In this document: positions 36,201 through 48,326 of the stretch, piece after piece
Numbering within the stretch: the first letter of the stretch is position 1
Layout: the number at the start of each line of letters is the position of its first letter
NCBI RefSeq assembly: GCF_008831285.2
Contig: NC_045138.2
Location: forward strand, 43,648,001 to 43,712,000
Reading direction: 5' to 3'
Length of the DNA stretch: 64,000 nt
From: Nymphaea colorata
Lineage: Eukaryota
The notes under the pieces: generated by a model
What the model was told of the DNA's origin: nothing
The model's database searches: none
What the model saw: only the letters and a program-made list of their open reading frames with translations
Program-made: the position numbers and the translations under genes

Positions 36201-39200
36201 GCTGCTCCACTATCTCCCGATCAGCAGAGAGAAGAGAGAAAGGAAGGATAGAGGAAGAAAAAAGGTGGGAAGAGATGGGAGAGAGAAGAGGTCGCCATAA
36301 AGTCACATCAGCCACCGGCGGAGTGTAAGAATTTATAATGTAAGTATACATACATGTTTTGATATCTACTACCATATATCTTAAACTCCTAGCAGTTTGA
36401 TGTATGATTTGCATATATAAATATATGTGTGCATACATAGGACTTTTTGTATTTATTTTTTCTTTATTTTTCGTGCCTTTATCTGAACTTTTTCATTTTT
36501 TATTTTACAAAGGAAGTAGCTGTTGGGAGTTCCCAACGGCTAGATTTCTAGCCGTTGGGAGCTCCAACAGCCACTTCCTCTTCCTCCTTTTTTATTTCTT
36601 CTATAAATAGGGCACTTGGGACCCTTGTTAGATTATGGCTTTTTAGCCTCTTCTTGTATACTTTGTCAAGATTAATACATTCTTCTTCTCCTCAAGTTTG
36701 AGGTTCTTTGTGTGTGTTACTTATTGAAGTTATTGGAAGCTTCAAGAGTGTTTCTCTTGAAGCATTTGTCTTGACAAGTTTGGGTCTGATTTACATGGTA
36801 TCAGAGCCACGTTTTAGCTCTTCGTCTTGCTGTCCTTCAAGGTTTGAAGTTTTCAGCACGTGCTCTTTCTTTGAAGTTGTGAAGCACTCCAAGTGTTCGA
36901 TATATTGCTAACTGCGTTTTAACTCAAGAAGGTGTTGTTTTTTTCCTTTTGCTGGCTCTTGGAAATTACTTCTTGAGGCTTTAAAGTGATCTACGTGATG
37001 GGATTGAGCACATCTTGTCAAGCTTCCGTGGCTGCCAAAGTTGTGACTGTTTTCCGAGTAATATCTTCCCTCGTGGCAGCAAGCTCTTCATATTTTTGGA
37101 GCTACCCTCTTACTGTTTTGTGGTGACTGATTTCGTAGATTTTTCACAAACGTTGAGAGCTGTTTTGACACTACTCTTGTGGCTACATCAACTTCATCTT
37201 ACAAGGTACACATTATGGATGATAGAACTTCTTCTACTCCTCTCCCTAAACTTACTTCATCAAATTACTTCTTGAGGCTTTAAAGTGATCTACGTGATGG
37301 GATTGAGCACATCTTATCAAGCTTTCGTGGCTGCCAAAGTTGTGACTGTTTTCCTAGTAATATCTTCCCTCGTGGCAGCAAGCTCTTCATATTTTTGGAG
37401 CTACCCTCTTGCTGTTTTGTGGTGGCTGATTTCGTAGATTTTTCACAAACGTTGAGAGCTGTTTTGACACTACTCTTCTGGCTACATCAACTTCATCTTA
37501 CAAGGTACACATTATGGATGATAGAACTTCTTCTACTCCTCTCCCTAAACTTACTTCATCAAATTATGTTTCTTGGGCAAAAACTATGGAACATTTCATT
37601 GGAAGTAAAGGTTTATGGGGACTTGTTGATGGTTCTAAAAGTGAACCATAATTAGTCATAACCAAAACCATAGATGAAAAAGCCTAAGAACTAGATGGAG
37701 TAGAAAAAGATAAGGTTATGAATGAATATGAGAGAAAATGGGAAGAGTGGAAGAGGACATGACAAGATTATTGCTTGTGTCGATACTACTACTATGGGCC
37801 AAATAGCAAAGCATAATTTTGCTCATGAAGCTTGGAAATTCCACACTATGAAAGATGTGGCTTACATGTGCAATCTTCAAATGAAGATTGCAAGTCTCCA
37901 ACAAGAGGATAAGTCTATAAAGGAATATGTTGGAGAAATGGAACAATTATGAGATGAACTTGCCTTATTTGAACCCGAATAGTATGATCCAAGAGACATT
38001 GGAGTAAGGGAAAAATAAATCCAAAAGGAAAAACTTTATAAATTCATTCTTGGTCTTAGACCGGAATATGATGGAGTCAAAACTATTTTGCTCCATAGAC
38101 ATAAAGTGTCATCTATAAATGAAGCCATAGCGGAGCTTCAAATGGAAGAAAATAGACTCAATTTTTCTAAAGATAAGAATGAAAGTGTTCTTGCTACCTC
38201 AAAACCCGACGCTCATATGAGAACTTATAGGCCTCCTCACTTTAATTGAAATTATGAGGATAAAGGCAACAAGAAGATTATATGTTTTCATTGTCAAGAA
38301 GAATTTATCAGGATGACTAAAAGAAGAGGTGTATATGGAGCAGCTCCTAGGATATCATGAAGGAGACCCTAAGGAATATGCTTGTTAGTTGCAGAGAGCT
38401 ATATATGGTTTGAGGCGAGCATCTAGTTCTTGGTTTGAGAGTTTTTTATTATAAATTCAGAAGCATGGGCTTCGACATTCTCAACTTGACCATTCCCTTT
38501 TTATATTTTGAGGTAAAGATACCATTATATTTTGTTGACATATATTCATAATACCATTATTACCAGGAATAGTCCAACTCATATCCAAACAACTAAGGAT
38601 ATCTTGAGTCGGCAGTTTAAGATGAAGGATCATGGTGAACTACGGTACTTTCTTGGAGTTGAGTGGATGATGGAACTCTTCGCTTAAATCAGCACAAATA
38701 TACCTTAGATCTTGTACAGAAGGCTGAAATGCAAGATTGTAAACCCCTTGCTACTCCCAGTGTTTTAAATCACAAGTTAAGTCAACAAGATGGGGATAAT
38801 TATCACGATCCCACAAGGTATTGTAGCATTGTGGGGATGCTACATTGCCTAACATTTATTTGTTATGATATTACTTATGCCATCAATCAAGTCTCTCAGT
38901 TTATGCACGCTCTAAAGGCAGGCTACATGGAAGCAGTTAAAAGAATCCTTAGATATTTGAAAGGCACTACTGGTGATGGTCTTCTTTATACTCAAAGTAC
39001 GACTTTCAATCTTGTCATGGTTTATTGATTTACACAGACGCAAACTAGGTTGGATATCCAGATGATCAAAAATTAGTGTCAGGATATCATGCTTTCATTG
39101 GGCCAAACTTTGTATCTTAGAGCAGGAGGAAACGAAAGGCAGTTGCTAGAAAAAGTATAGAGGCTAAATACAGGGCAATGTCTGCCACTACTGCAGAGCT

Positions 39201-40188
39201 TAATGAGTCTATATGATGTTGTTTATTGCTAATCAACAACTAAAGTGCTCTTCAAATTTCTCTTAACCCCATTCAGCATAGCAAAACTAAACATATTGAG
39301 ATTGATCAACATTTCATCCGACAAAAATTTTTTAATCAATTGATTCTACCCACAACAAGTGCAGTTGTGAGGCATGGTTCCCAACTCTATTCTCTTCCTT
39401 CCTACTAAACTTTCTACGGTGATCAGTTCTAGAGTTTCTCACAATAAATCATTTCATTACAAAACTTAAAAAAATAAGGATCCAGCTCCACCAGGGAAAT
39501 GGCAAATCAATTCCCAGGCCTGCCAACAAAATATACTATTTTTTAGGTCAGCTGGTTGCATACCATCTTCCTGTTCAACAAGTCTTTAAATAAATGTTGA
39601 AACTTATAGGAATCAAATCCATTAGTAATCATACAATGTATTTTAAATTGACACAACATAATATGTACAAATGTGTAAAATTCACCTTTCATCTCTCCAA
39701 ACACTATTGAAAAGAAATTTTGGAACAACTAGAGTTGCATTGAGTAAATGAGCAACAGCAACAGCATTACAGACCTGCATTTCATGCACATAAAACACAA
39801 CACATTTGTTCACAAATATGGACTAGTATAATCATGTGTGAAAGCAGACAAAATAAGCCTAGGTGCAAGACTCAAAGTGAATGCCTAGAAGGCATTAAGA
39901 GAAGTGATGCCAAAGATATACAAAGTGACCCTGCTGAAAAGCTAAACAGAAAAAGGAATAGCAAGAGGGATGTCAAAACAAAAATCCTAACATTTGCATT
40001 AGCATAAAAAATGACTGGAGCCCACACTCCATCCAGCGGCAAGGAAAAATCAGCAATCATAATGCCCTTTCAGTCAGTTATGAACCAATCTCTTTTTGAA
40101 ATGAGCGATTTGGTTAGACTAGTCAATTAGTCAGCCTAGTCACTGGCCATCCATCTAATTCCCATCCCATAAATTTATATGTGCATCC

Positions 40189-40249
<61 letters not shown>

Positions 40250-43200
40250 TGTGTTATGCTTCTGCATCCTTTTCCATGTCAATATATGCGTTATTTGTTT
40301 ATAGTCAATTAACTTGAACTACCAAGTCCTAATTAGTCTTCACAGCCCCAATTAGTCTTCTCAGGTCCTTGAACAACTTGTGTAAGACTTTCAATTTTGA
40401 CAAATTAGTAGGCAAGTGCAAGTTAAACTACCCTGAGTTTTTTGTAAGGTCGAAGCCACAACTGGTCCCTCATTGACCATGCTCTCAATGATTCGTTAGC
40501 ACAAAAAAAATATGTATCAGAACAGTTTGTTCATATCTTGCACGGAGATGCGAACAAGCAATTACAATTTTTGTATGCATTTTTTTTTCACTTTGATTCT
40601 CTGATCTCTGAAAACAGGTGTAGAAATGCTAGCCAGAATGGAGGAAATATGAAAAATTTCGGCACTTGCAATGTTGTAAAATGTCTATGGCAACCATATT
40701 GATTGGACCAAACACAATAGGGATAACACAACATATCATAAAATAGCATAAGTTCATAACATCAAGTTCTTTTCATTAAAAAATAAATTCTGATTATTTC
40801 ATATGCACCGTAAGATATAACTTCCATTTTACTGGTTATGCAACAGCGCAATTATAAGACACACCCAATTTAGAACTGACACCTCAGTATCTGGTTGATT
40901 TTACCATGGCTATGTTAGTAGGACAATGTAACAGAGGTTATGGTGCAATAACTAAAAATTCGAAGATTACATATAATATACTATATATTAGTACACGCTG
41001 AACTATCAACAGTTGCATAAAAAAATGTGAAAGCCCTATAATAGCATATATTCTTAAAAGAAATACATAGAAGGAAGCAACGGCAGGAACATTACTTACA
41101 GCAACTCTCTGCTGGTTGATCCCACCATTTGCACTTACAATAATGTATCCATTTGTTTGCTCTGCAACAGTAGCAAATGGTCAATAAGGTTCCACCTCAG
41201 TTCAGCATCAGCACAATAAGAACAGCAAGCCAAGTAACCCTGGTCAATCTGTCGCCTACTCATGCATTGGGTGGGTTTCATAAACATACTACTTTCCTAT
41301 TTCTCTTGTTTCCTTTAAAGGTCTAAAAAGAGGAAAAAAAAGAAGAAGAAGATTACTCAAAGTAGAATGACCTTACCACCTTCAGGTAACTTTTGACAAA
41401 TGGGATTGAACAACCTTTATTCACTTTGAGAATCATTTTCAACAAAAATTCAACCCAATGTGAACTTTTTGTTTCAGTTAAACCTTTTCTAAGTTGGAAG
41501 TGGATGGGGGATTCAAAGACCAACCAAACCTTAAAACCTATATCAAACAATATACAAACTTACAAGTGACAATACTGGCATATGGGTTTGTCTGTTGAAG
41601 AAAGTGATTCTTTAGAATAGTGTGCAACCAAAAAGCAGATGCATATCAAGATGAGACTCAAGTGAGATAACAGTTCGGAAGAAATGACTGAGGCTTTCTG
41701 TAGTGCACACTTACAGTAAAAGTGCATAATCTATATAGGAATAAGAAGGGACCAAAAAACTAACAAGATTATGTACCACACTGTTTCCAATCATCTTTAT
41801 CTGAACAAGGTTTCCAAGCAGATGAAGAAAGAAAAGTCTCCTGCCACAGGTCTTCAGGTTCATGACTTCCAACTCCCTAAGGGTAAGACAAAGAATTTTA
41901 GGAAATCTAGCAGACCAATAAGCAAAGATAATGTGATCACAAGCCATAAAGCAGTGAAGATTTATTATGCTTAATAAACCAAGAAGTAAACGTATGCACA
42001 TGCACATTTTGCAAGTAAAATGGGCAACATAACCTGTACCTCAGCCAATGCATGGGCAGCTAATCCCAAAAGTCTAGGATACATAAACCTCTGATGGTCC
42101 TTTCCTTTTGTAAACTTCTTCCATTCGCCCTAGAAATATGAGACAGACCATTGAATTTCTAATCAGTTATAAATATGACAGACATTTGGATTACAGAGTT
42201 TAAAAGATGAGATAATACATTTTTGCTGTATTTTGAGTTGTAACATTCAGTTTGAACAATAGTTTTTGATGTAACATTTAAGTTAGTCGATTAAGTTTCA
42301 CAGCTTTTGGATGGTCTCAGAATTCCCATTTCTGGTGGTCAGATTTATGCTTTATCAGAGCAAGCAAGTCCTGGATTTAACAAGCTTACTTTCCCAAGTC
42401 ATATTAGGTAGACATAAAAGAATTACTTTATCGTACTTCATATTTTTGAAGGAAAAACCACCTTCCAACTCCACTTAACGTGTAAGGCTGTATATTTGTC
42501 ATATAATGTTGCTGGTAAATTTGGGTAGTCTAGCTTATTTCCTGTTTTAGTGTTGACATGCCTGTTTGTGCTGAACAGATTGTTTCATGTGCGTCACCAA
42601 GCTATGGTATAATTTTCATGTCCCATATTTCCAGCACGCTCGAACGATTAAGCCTCTTAAACAACTTATAAATCGTTGAAATCACAGCAGGACTGCCATG
42701 CAATGAGGCCGCCTTAGTTTTTGCAAACGAAAGCCAGAGCACCGTGCGATCTGAAGTAAGCAACGGAATCACATATTTATACAACACGTTTAGTAGCTTG
42801 AAACACTTCAGATCCTCCTCGAGCACTCTGCAAGTCGGAGCCCATCTATGATTCAATTGGTTCCGAACTGCACGTCAAATCCGTCCCAACTTAAGACGGT
42901 TACCTTGCATTCGGTCTATTTATTGCTTAGTTACTATGGAACCTACCCAAGATCCAGCCGTATCCAGAATGAAATCCTGTACAAGTTTATTTATGTAAAT
43001 CGTGAGAAGAATTCGGAACAAGTCAAAATTTTATATGGACTATGGGTAATGGGCTACTTGCATTGAGTATTTTCGTTCTGGAAAAGCATATTTACTACAT
43101 ATTTTTACACGCCAGTGACATTAAGACAAATTGCTTCTTCTAGCTTTCCTTATATTTGTTGGCAATAACTAGATCCAACTATGTACAAAGCAGTTGCAAT

Positions 43201-43744
43201 CACCTAGGCATGGAAAGAATGCAGTCACCTACGCGAGTTCAGCATAAATCATAAAAAAAGCATACGGATGAATTAAGAGACACAGTTCAGCATCATGCAA
43301 AGCTCCCTTTGGAAGCCCGACCAAAAAATATTTCTTTTTGAATTCGCGCAGAGATGCGCATACCTCAAACAGAAAAACCGGACTGGGGAGTCTGTCCTCA
43401 TCTTCGACGCCCGACAGAAACCACCAATTCATCAACAAGAACACCGCGATAAGACCTAACAGCGCAATCATTCCCCGAAATCGCCTCGTCCTTGGGTGCA
43501 GCTTCTTCCTCGTGGGGTTGGTCCCCAGGATCAGACCCCCATTTCCTTGCCAGAAGCTCCATCTCCCTCCCGTTCCGGCGTCGTCGAAGACCCTTGTCCT
43601 TGGGTTATCTGACCGGGCGGCAATTGAAGCCCCAAGAGACGACTGCCAAGTTATCGGCGTCGTTGAGATGGATCCGGCGTAGATCGAGGAGGGAACCCTA
43701 GTGAACTCGTGCGAAGAAGACTCGTCATCCTCCGATTCAACCAT
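23868..43744 (-). CDS. O-fucosyltransferase family protein (GT106/DUF246, OFUT15-like), 10 exons, 624 aa, predicted type II membrane glycosyltransferase
   Basis: Exons 43744-43364, 42129-42040, 41876-41777, 41161-41100, 39774-39686, 31927-31807, 31706-31563, 26265-25928, 25350-25110, 24176-23868; total 1875 nt, all GT-AG, phases consistent, no internal stop. Motifs: TM helix [98 protein letters not shown] context ACCATGG with an in-frame upstream stop. The subfamily label is from memory. Confidence 0.95.
24487..24871. mobile_element. MITE in intron 9
   Basis: TIR CATAGCCACA / TGTGGCTACA (differences explicable by CpG decay); imperfect 8-bp TSD CTGCAGAC / GTGCAGGC. Confidence 0.5.
25110..25350 (-). 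CDS. O-fucosyltransferase exon 9
   Basis: TAG acceptor, [19 protein letters not shown]...FKNFSSQ, GTAATT donor; 241 nt. Confidence 0.93.
25783..25862. repeat. Compound (CT)n(GT)n microsatellite
   Basis: Directly visible. Confidence 0.95.
25928..26265 (-). CDS. O-fucosyltransferase exon 8
   Basis: TAG acceptor, [13 protein letters not shown]...[12 protein letters not shown]...ANST, GTAAGG donor; 338 nt. Confidence 0.93.
26682..27043. mobile_element. MITE with 8-bp TSD (hAT-type), family copy A
   Basis: Perfect TIR CTATGTCACA / TGTGACATAG; perfect TSD CATGTGAG (26674-26681 / 27044-27051). Confidence 0.9.
27071..27539. mobile_element. MITE with 8-bp TSD (hAT-type), family copy B
   Basis: TIR CTATGTCAGA / TGTGACATAG; TSD GTATATAA / GTATAGAA (7/8); internal (TG)n(TA)n. 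Confidence 0.8.
27560..30070 (+). mobile_element. Truncated Ty1/copia fragment in intron 7 (antisense to host gene)
   Basis: gag zinc knuckle [15 protein letters not shown] (~27650), integrase 28304-28765 ([11 protein letters not shown]), RT 29308-29688, internal RT duplication; no LTRs seen. Confidence 0.88.
31563..31706 (-). CDS. O-fucosyltransferase exon 7
   Basis: CAG acceptor, [14 protein letters not shown]...[14 protein letters not shown] donor; 144 nt. Confidence 0.93.
31807..31927 (-). CDS. O-fucosyltransferase exon 6
   Basis: CAG acceptor, [26 protein letters not shown]...GSI, GTAAGT donor; 121 nt. Confidence 0.93.
32270..34130 (-). mobile_element. Highly degenerate gypsy integrase/chromodomain remnants, interrupted by a MITE
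   Basis: Minus-strand [12 protein letters not shown] (~33970) and chromodomain-like [14 protein letters not shown] (~32590-32630); boundaries uncertain. Confidence 0.55.
32896..33734. mobile_element. MITE with 8-bp TSD (hAT-type), family copy C
   Basis: Left TIR CTATGTCACA, decayed right end TGTGACTTGT, perfect TSD CTTGCAAA (32888-32895 / 33735-33742). Shares the CCCAAAAAATTT(A/G)GGTGC subterminal block with copies A and B. Confidence 0.8.
34172..35375. repeat. 224-bp inverted repeat (arms 34172-34395 and 35152-35375)
   Basis: Arms are reverse complements; one mismatch seen by eye. Confidence 0.93.
34644..34930 (+). mobile_element. Solo LTR inserted in the copia RNase H region
   Basis: 287 bp, TGTT...CTACA, perfect TSD GTTTG (34639-34643 / 34931-34935), internal TATA-like CCTATATA; the host RNase H sequence resumes across it. 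Confidence 0.9.
35013..35520. repeat. 111-bp direct duplication (35013-35123 and 35410-35520)
   Basis: GACTTAGCCCAAG...GATATAAGGTTG is repeated, apparently identically. Confidence 0.93.
36400..39370 (+). mobile_element. Internally deleted Ty1/copia element in intron 5 (antisense to host gene)
   Basis: LTR ending TTACA at 36795 (start uncertain), TATA box CTATAAATA at 36601, PBS TGGTATCAGAGCC at 36796. gag remnant 37560-38300 is joined directly to RT (38320-39030) and RNase H (to ~39350); PR/INT are missing. Confidence 0.85.
36963..37566. repeat. 299-bp tandem duplication in the copia leader
   Basis: AAATTACTTCTTGAGGC starts at 36963 and 37262; few mismatches; AAATTA at the junction. Confidence 0.92.
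39686..39774 (-). CDS. O-fucosyltransferase exon 5
   Basis: CAG acceptor, [35 protein letters not shown] donor; 89 nt. Confidence 0.93.
40191..40249. repeat. (TG)n(TA)n microsatellite
   Basis: Directly visible. Confidence 0.95.
41100..41161 (-). CDS. O-fucosyltransferase exon 4
   Basis: CAG acceptor, [26 protein letters not shown] donor; 62 nt. Confidence 0.93.
41777..41876 (-). CDS. O-fucosyltransferase exon 3
   Basis: TAG acceptor, [13 protein letters not shown]...WKPCSD, GT donor; 100 nt. Confidence 0.88.
42040..42129 (-). CDS. O-fucosyltransferase exon 2
   Basis: TAG acceptor, GEWKK...[17 protein letters not shown] donor; 90 nt. Confidence 0.88.
43364..43744 (-). CDS. O-fucosyltransferase exon 1 (cytosolic tail + TM anchor)
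   Basis: [10 protein letters not shown]...VFLFE then GTATGC donor; 381 nt. Confidence 0.85.
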
Positions 43745-45003
43745 GGTGTAAGGAGGCAATCGAGCACCTTCGTTTTTCTAAGAAGGCGACCGGATATAAA
43801 AAAGGAACAAGATTGTATAATGAGGTCCCTGGGACTATCCCCGGACTAAAACTAACTGTAAAAGTGGTGGGCCCCGGAGATTGGGACCCGCAAGCCTGAC
43901 CTCAACTAGCAAATGTGAAGACCAAGCCTGCTCTTCCTCACCGAAACCCGTTCAAGGACGGTTCCACTTATGTTTGAAGGTCAATTTTATCCTCAACCAT
44001 TCGAACCACCGTGGCCTCTTGAGTTTCCCTGTAGCCTCATTCGAGTGATGCAGCAGAGTAGAGCACCAAAAGTGAGACGAGAATACCACTAGCAATGAGG
44101 AAAAGTTTCTCATGCAACTCATTGAAGGATTTTTATTGGACACAACAAAGACATTTCTGTTGGTAACTTCGTGAAATTTTCCTGCTGCCCACTTGCACAT
44201 GTTGATTTTGCAACTGTTAACAACCTAATTCTATAGTGAAGGCAATGAGAGTAAAAGAGACGATAAAATACCCCTGGCCGGCTAAAACGAAGAAGAATCA
44301 TTCAAAACAGCACAAAAGCGAGAAAAGTTAGAAGATGCAGGCATTGATAATGAGTGCCATGGTTAGAAGCTGGATAATATTCCATAAAGGACTATTGTAC
44401 ATGTTGAGTACCACCGGATGCACATGGCATGTCACTAAGAAGTAATCCAGGTGAAACTAAGAAAATGTGCTCCTAGGGAAGGGGTCAAACAGTCTCTAGC
44501 CATGGATGAATTGTCATCACAATCTAAAAGCAATGGGTTACTATGCAGGTGAATGGCCGCCACAAAAATATTTTCTTTCAATTACAGAAGGGGCAAAGAT
44601 AGGCGGATGAAACTTTGCACTAGAAGGGGAAAAAAAGTAGAATCTAGAGGCAGATGAAGAGAAGAGTAACGAAAAAATAATACAACTGAAAATTTTGTCG
44701 TGCGCTCAGGTGATGAAGAAGATTAATATGAAGGAGATGAGTATGTTGAAGATAAAGAAGATGAGCAAGATGTGGATGAGAACATGCAGTTGGAGGAGGA
44801 AAATGATGGATTTATAGTTTCAAGAGAGCATAGAAGGAAAAAGTCATCGGGTCGGCGGCAATTGTAAGAGAGCACAACAACTAGTTTGAGACCATGAACA
44901 ATTTATTTGCAAATAGCATGTCTCAATAATGCATTGATCATTTTCATTATAGAATGTCACTTTTATTGTGATCTAAAATATCGATAATGTTATGTCAATG
45001 TGA

Positions 45004-45286
45004 TGTTACTTGTGATTTCTTTGTCATCAACCTTTTTTATTGTTCTATTTATTGCCTATTGTCTCCAACAATTATCACTAGTGTAGGTTTTATTGACAAA
45101 TAAAAGGGGTTTTTATTAGTCTTTTACATATTTATGTTTGTTATATGTTACTTGTGATTTCTTTGTCATCAACCTTTTTCATTGTCAGATTTATGGCCTA
45201 TTGTCTCCAACAATTATCACTAATGTAGTTTTTATTGACAAACAAAAGGGGTTTTTATTAGCGTTTTACATATTTATTTTTGTTAT
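45004..45286. repeat. ~142-bp tandem duplication upstream of the gene
   Basis: TGTTACTTGTGATTTCTTTGTCATCAACC starts at 45004 and 45146. Confidence 0.9.
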
Positions 45287-46503
45287 TGGAGTTAACTATT
45301 TGTAGGAATTCGGCAATGCATTATCTTTGTTGTTTTGTGGGTGCAAGTGAGGGGCCTTTTGTTATCCAATGTAACTAGCTTGCAGACCACCGGTAGTATT
45401 CATAGATAATGAGGTTCTAGATGGAGCAATTTAAGGCTATGTATTTTACCAGCATTCTAGACAGAAAACCAATTAATATGGATGATTTATCATTTGTTGT
45501 CCTAACACTGGAACCCATTTTGCTAATACATTCCAATTTAATAACTTTAAAACGATAATCCCATGGGAGAATATAAAATGTGTTATTATATTATATTGAA
45601 ATGTCATAGATCACTTGTGATTGGCATAATGCAGATGATTATATAAACTATGGACATAATAATATAGGAGTTAAATAGGAGATTGAGTAGGGTTATAAAG
45701 GGTGAAACTATTGCTGCATTAAGATTAGGTTTCTAAGGCGTGAATTTGGGTTAGCAATCCCCATAAAAACCCCAGGTGAAGTGGTCATAAGGAGTTGTGC
45801 TACTTCTTCTGGTTCTTTTTTTCTTTTGTTGCTTATTCATTGTGTTTGTCGAGGAAGGATACATGCATGATTTTATCTAATTTTTTTAAGATCTTATAAC
45901 AATGGACAACTATGCCTAGGGTGTAGTTGTATGTGCTCATCTTTACAACCAAATGTGTAAGGTGCAAATCAATAGAAGTGCAAGTGTTATTTAGACAATT
46001 GTAGAGGTAAATTACCATTGCACTATTTAATTTGATATTTGTGCTACCTTGATATTTATGCTACTTTGATAAAGTATTAGGTGAGACTTGGATGTGGTAG
46101 CACATCCTTCCTTGTATGAAGTAGATGTATGCCATTGTTACATACACAATGCTTACAAAATGGAAAGGATGAAGAGGAAATACTACGTAAATCCCAACAC
46201 GATACAGGGGATCCTTCATAGATGTGAGTACATAAGGTACAGTCATATTTGGTCTACATATGCCATTGTCAAGTTTCCATATTGTCTTTTTGTCATGTAT
46301 ACTTGTAAAACCAACATTTCTAAACGTGTCTATTAAATGTATTTTCATTTATTTCCCTAGAATTATGTTGTTTACCTAGAAGAGTCTAGATGCTAAGAGG
46401 TAGATCACGACGTGTGTTTTGTGTAGCTCCAATCGGAATGAGAATCAAACATGTACATTTCAAATTATAATAAATTCATCAAGAGGAACAATGATGTCCT
46501 TAA

Positions 46504-48282
46504 GGGGCCGTTTGATGGCCTGAAAATATATTTCTGAAAATATATTTCTGGAAATATAGGAAATGGAAAAATGGAATGGGAAAAATTTTTCCGATTCCAA
46601 TTTTGGTGTGTGTGTGATGACTCAGAAACATATTTTCAATTCTATATTTCTGAGTTTGATGGTACAGAAATATATTTTCAGAATGCAATGAAGGCATCGG
46701 CTTGACGCGCCATCTCTGCTTTCCTTTCGTGCAAGTTCGTCACAACCCTCAATTCTCCCACCGTCTCTCCACATATCTTTTAGGTGAAACATACAATAAG
46801 AAAATCACAACATACAACAATTACATTTATATAGGAAAGTTGAGTGCAGGATACATATTTACCTCTCTTGGCATCAAGGCCTTGGGGATAACTCTGCCAC
46901 ATGAAGCCAAAAGAAGAATAAAAGACGGTAAGTAGATAGCAACTCCCATGACAGACAGAAGGACACCAATTAAACAACACTGATCATCATCATCATCAGC
47001 GATCATTAATTATCTTCTTGTACCAATAATATAGAAATGAAACCATCAATTCAAAAAGCATCAAAACTAACAGTTTCATCCAAATCTCATCCCCTGCTTC
47101 AATGTCAGTCACCGGACTGCACGTTCACAGGCCTGTGATCGGCAACCCTTCACCTTGAGATGGCCCCTATCCATTAGAAACAGAGTACATTCTTGCAGCA
47201 CCTAACGCGCCCGTGAGTGTTGCCGTTGTCGGAGACATGGAGCCCCGGTAGGGCCCTGCGCTCTCGTCATCAGTTATTAAAACAACTTAAACTTGAAATT
47301 GTACAGACATGCAGAAATCCCCAGTTACTTGTAGGAGAATCTGCACAGACATGAAGTGATTTTAACATTGTACAGACATGCAAAAATCCCCAGTTACTTG
47401 GAGGAGATTCTGCACACAAATCATTTAGAATCATCACTTCCTTGTGAAGAAACAATTGCTAAATTACTAAAATAAAATGCGAGCATCCATTGTATAAGCC
47501 AGACCATCAATACAAATTAACCAAAGCAAGCCTCCTCAAGATGTCAAGCTCTCCTCCACTCATATACGAAACAAATGCAGATCCAAGAGTTCACACACAT
47601 AAATTCTTCTGCCAAGCAATGCAGTAATGAAAATGCATCCCTATCCCAATCTAATAATCCTAAGACACTACAACATCAACAAAAAACTAACAATTTTTTA
47701 AAAGTAGATGAAATGCATGCCACACTCAATAGGCCATACCTCCACCAAAATGAAAATCAACTGGAAGGAAAATCCCACGAAGGCTAGAACTGCCAACGGA
47801 AGGACATGGAAAAGCCTACTCCGAAAATCCTGCCTCCAAAGCCACAATCCCCCAACTTATCTGTGATCCCCGATTCCATAACACATGGAAAGATTCACAC
47901 CCTTTGCATCACAATTTACCATTAGACTCGTTATACGAGCCAAGACTGGAGAAGAAGGGGAAATCCTGCTTTAACGGACAAAGAAATGAAATGCGGTGAA
48001 CTTCTGCTGCGTTGCTAAGCATCCACATGAGTACAGAACTACAAGAATCGTATCTGCCAAAAGAAAAAGTGAGCGGCTCTAGGGTTTCAGGCGAACCTGT
48101 GCCATCGATCTCGGTCGGCGGAGAGCGTTCTACTGCCTGATTGCAAGATGCTCAGCAACGGCTACCCACAAAGAAAGAGAGACCGAAAAAGGGCAAGAGA
48201 GAGATAGAAGGGTTGGGATAATCTGGGAGAGGCTTTTTCCTTTCTTATCTCGCTCTCGTTTGCAGATGGCCGATGGCTCAAT

Positions 48283-48326
<44 letters not shown>

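Noticed and set aside
43338..43701. Plus-strand ORFs overlapping exon 1
   Set aside because: Antisense shadows of a GC-rich exon; no recognisable product.
44270..46480. Remnants of hAT/MULE transposase
   Set aside because: Only an acidic purine-rich stretch and a vague YIHNAYKME resemblance; no TIR, TSD or catalytic motif.
47100..47280. Hammerhead ribozyme or C/D snoRNA from minus-strand CTGATGA ... CTGA
   Set aside because: No stem II + GAAA core or terminal stem could be built.
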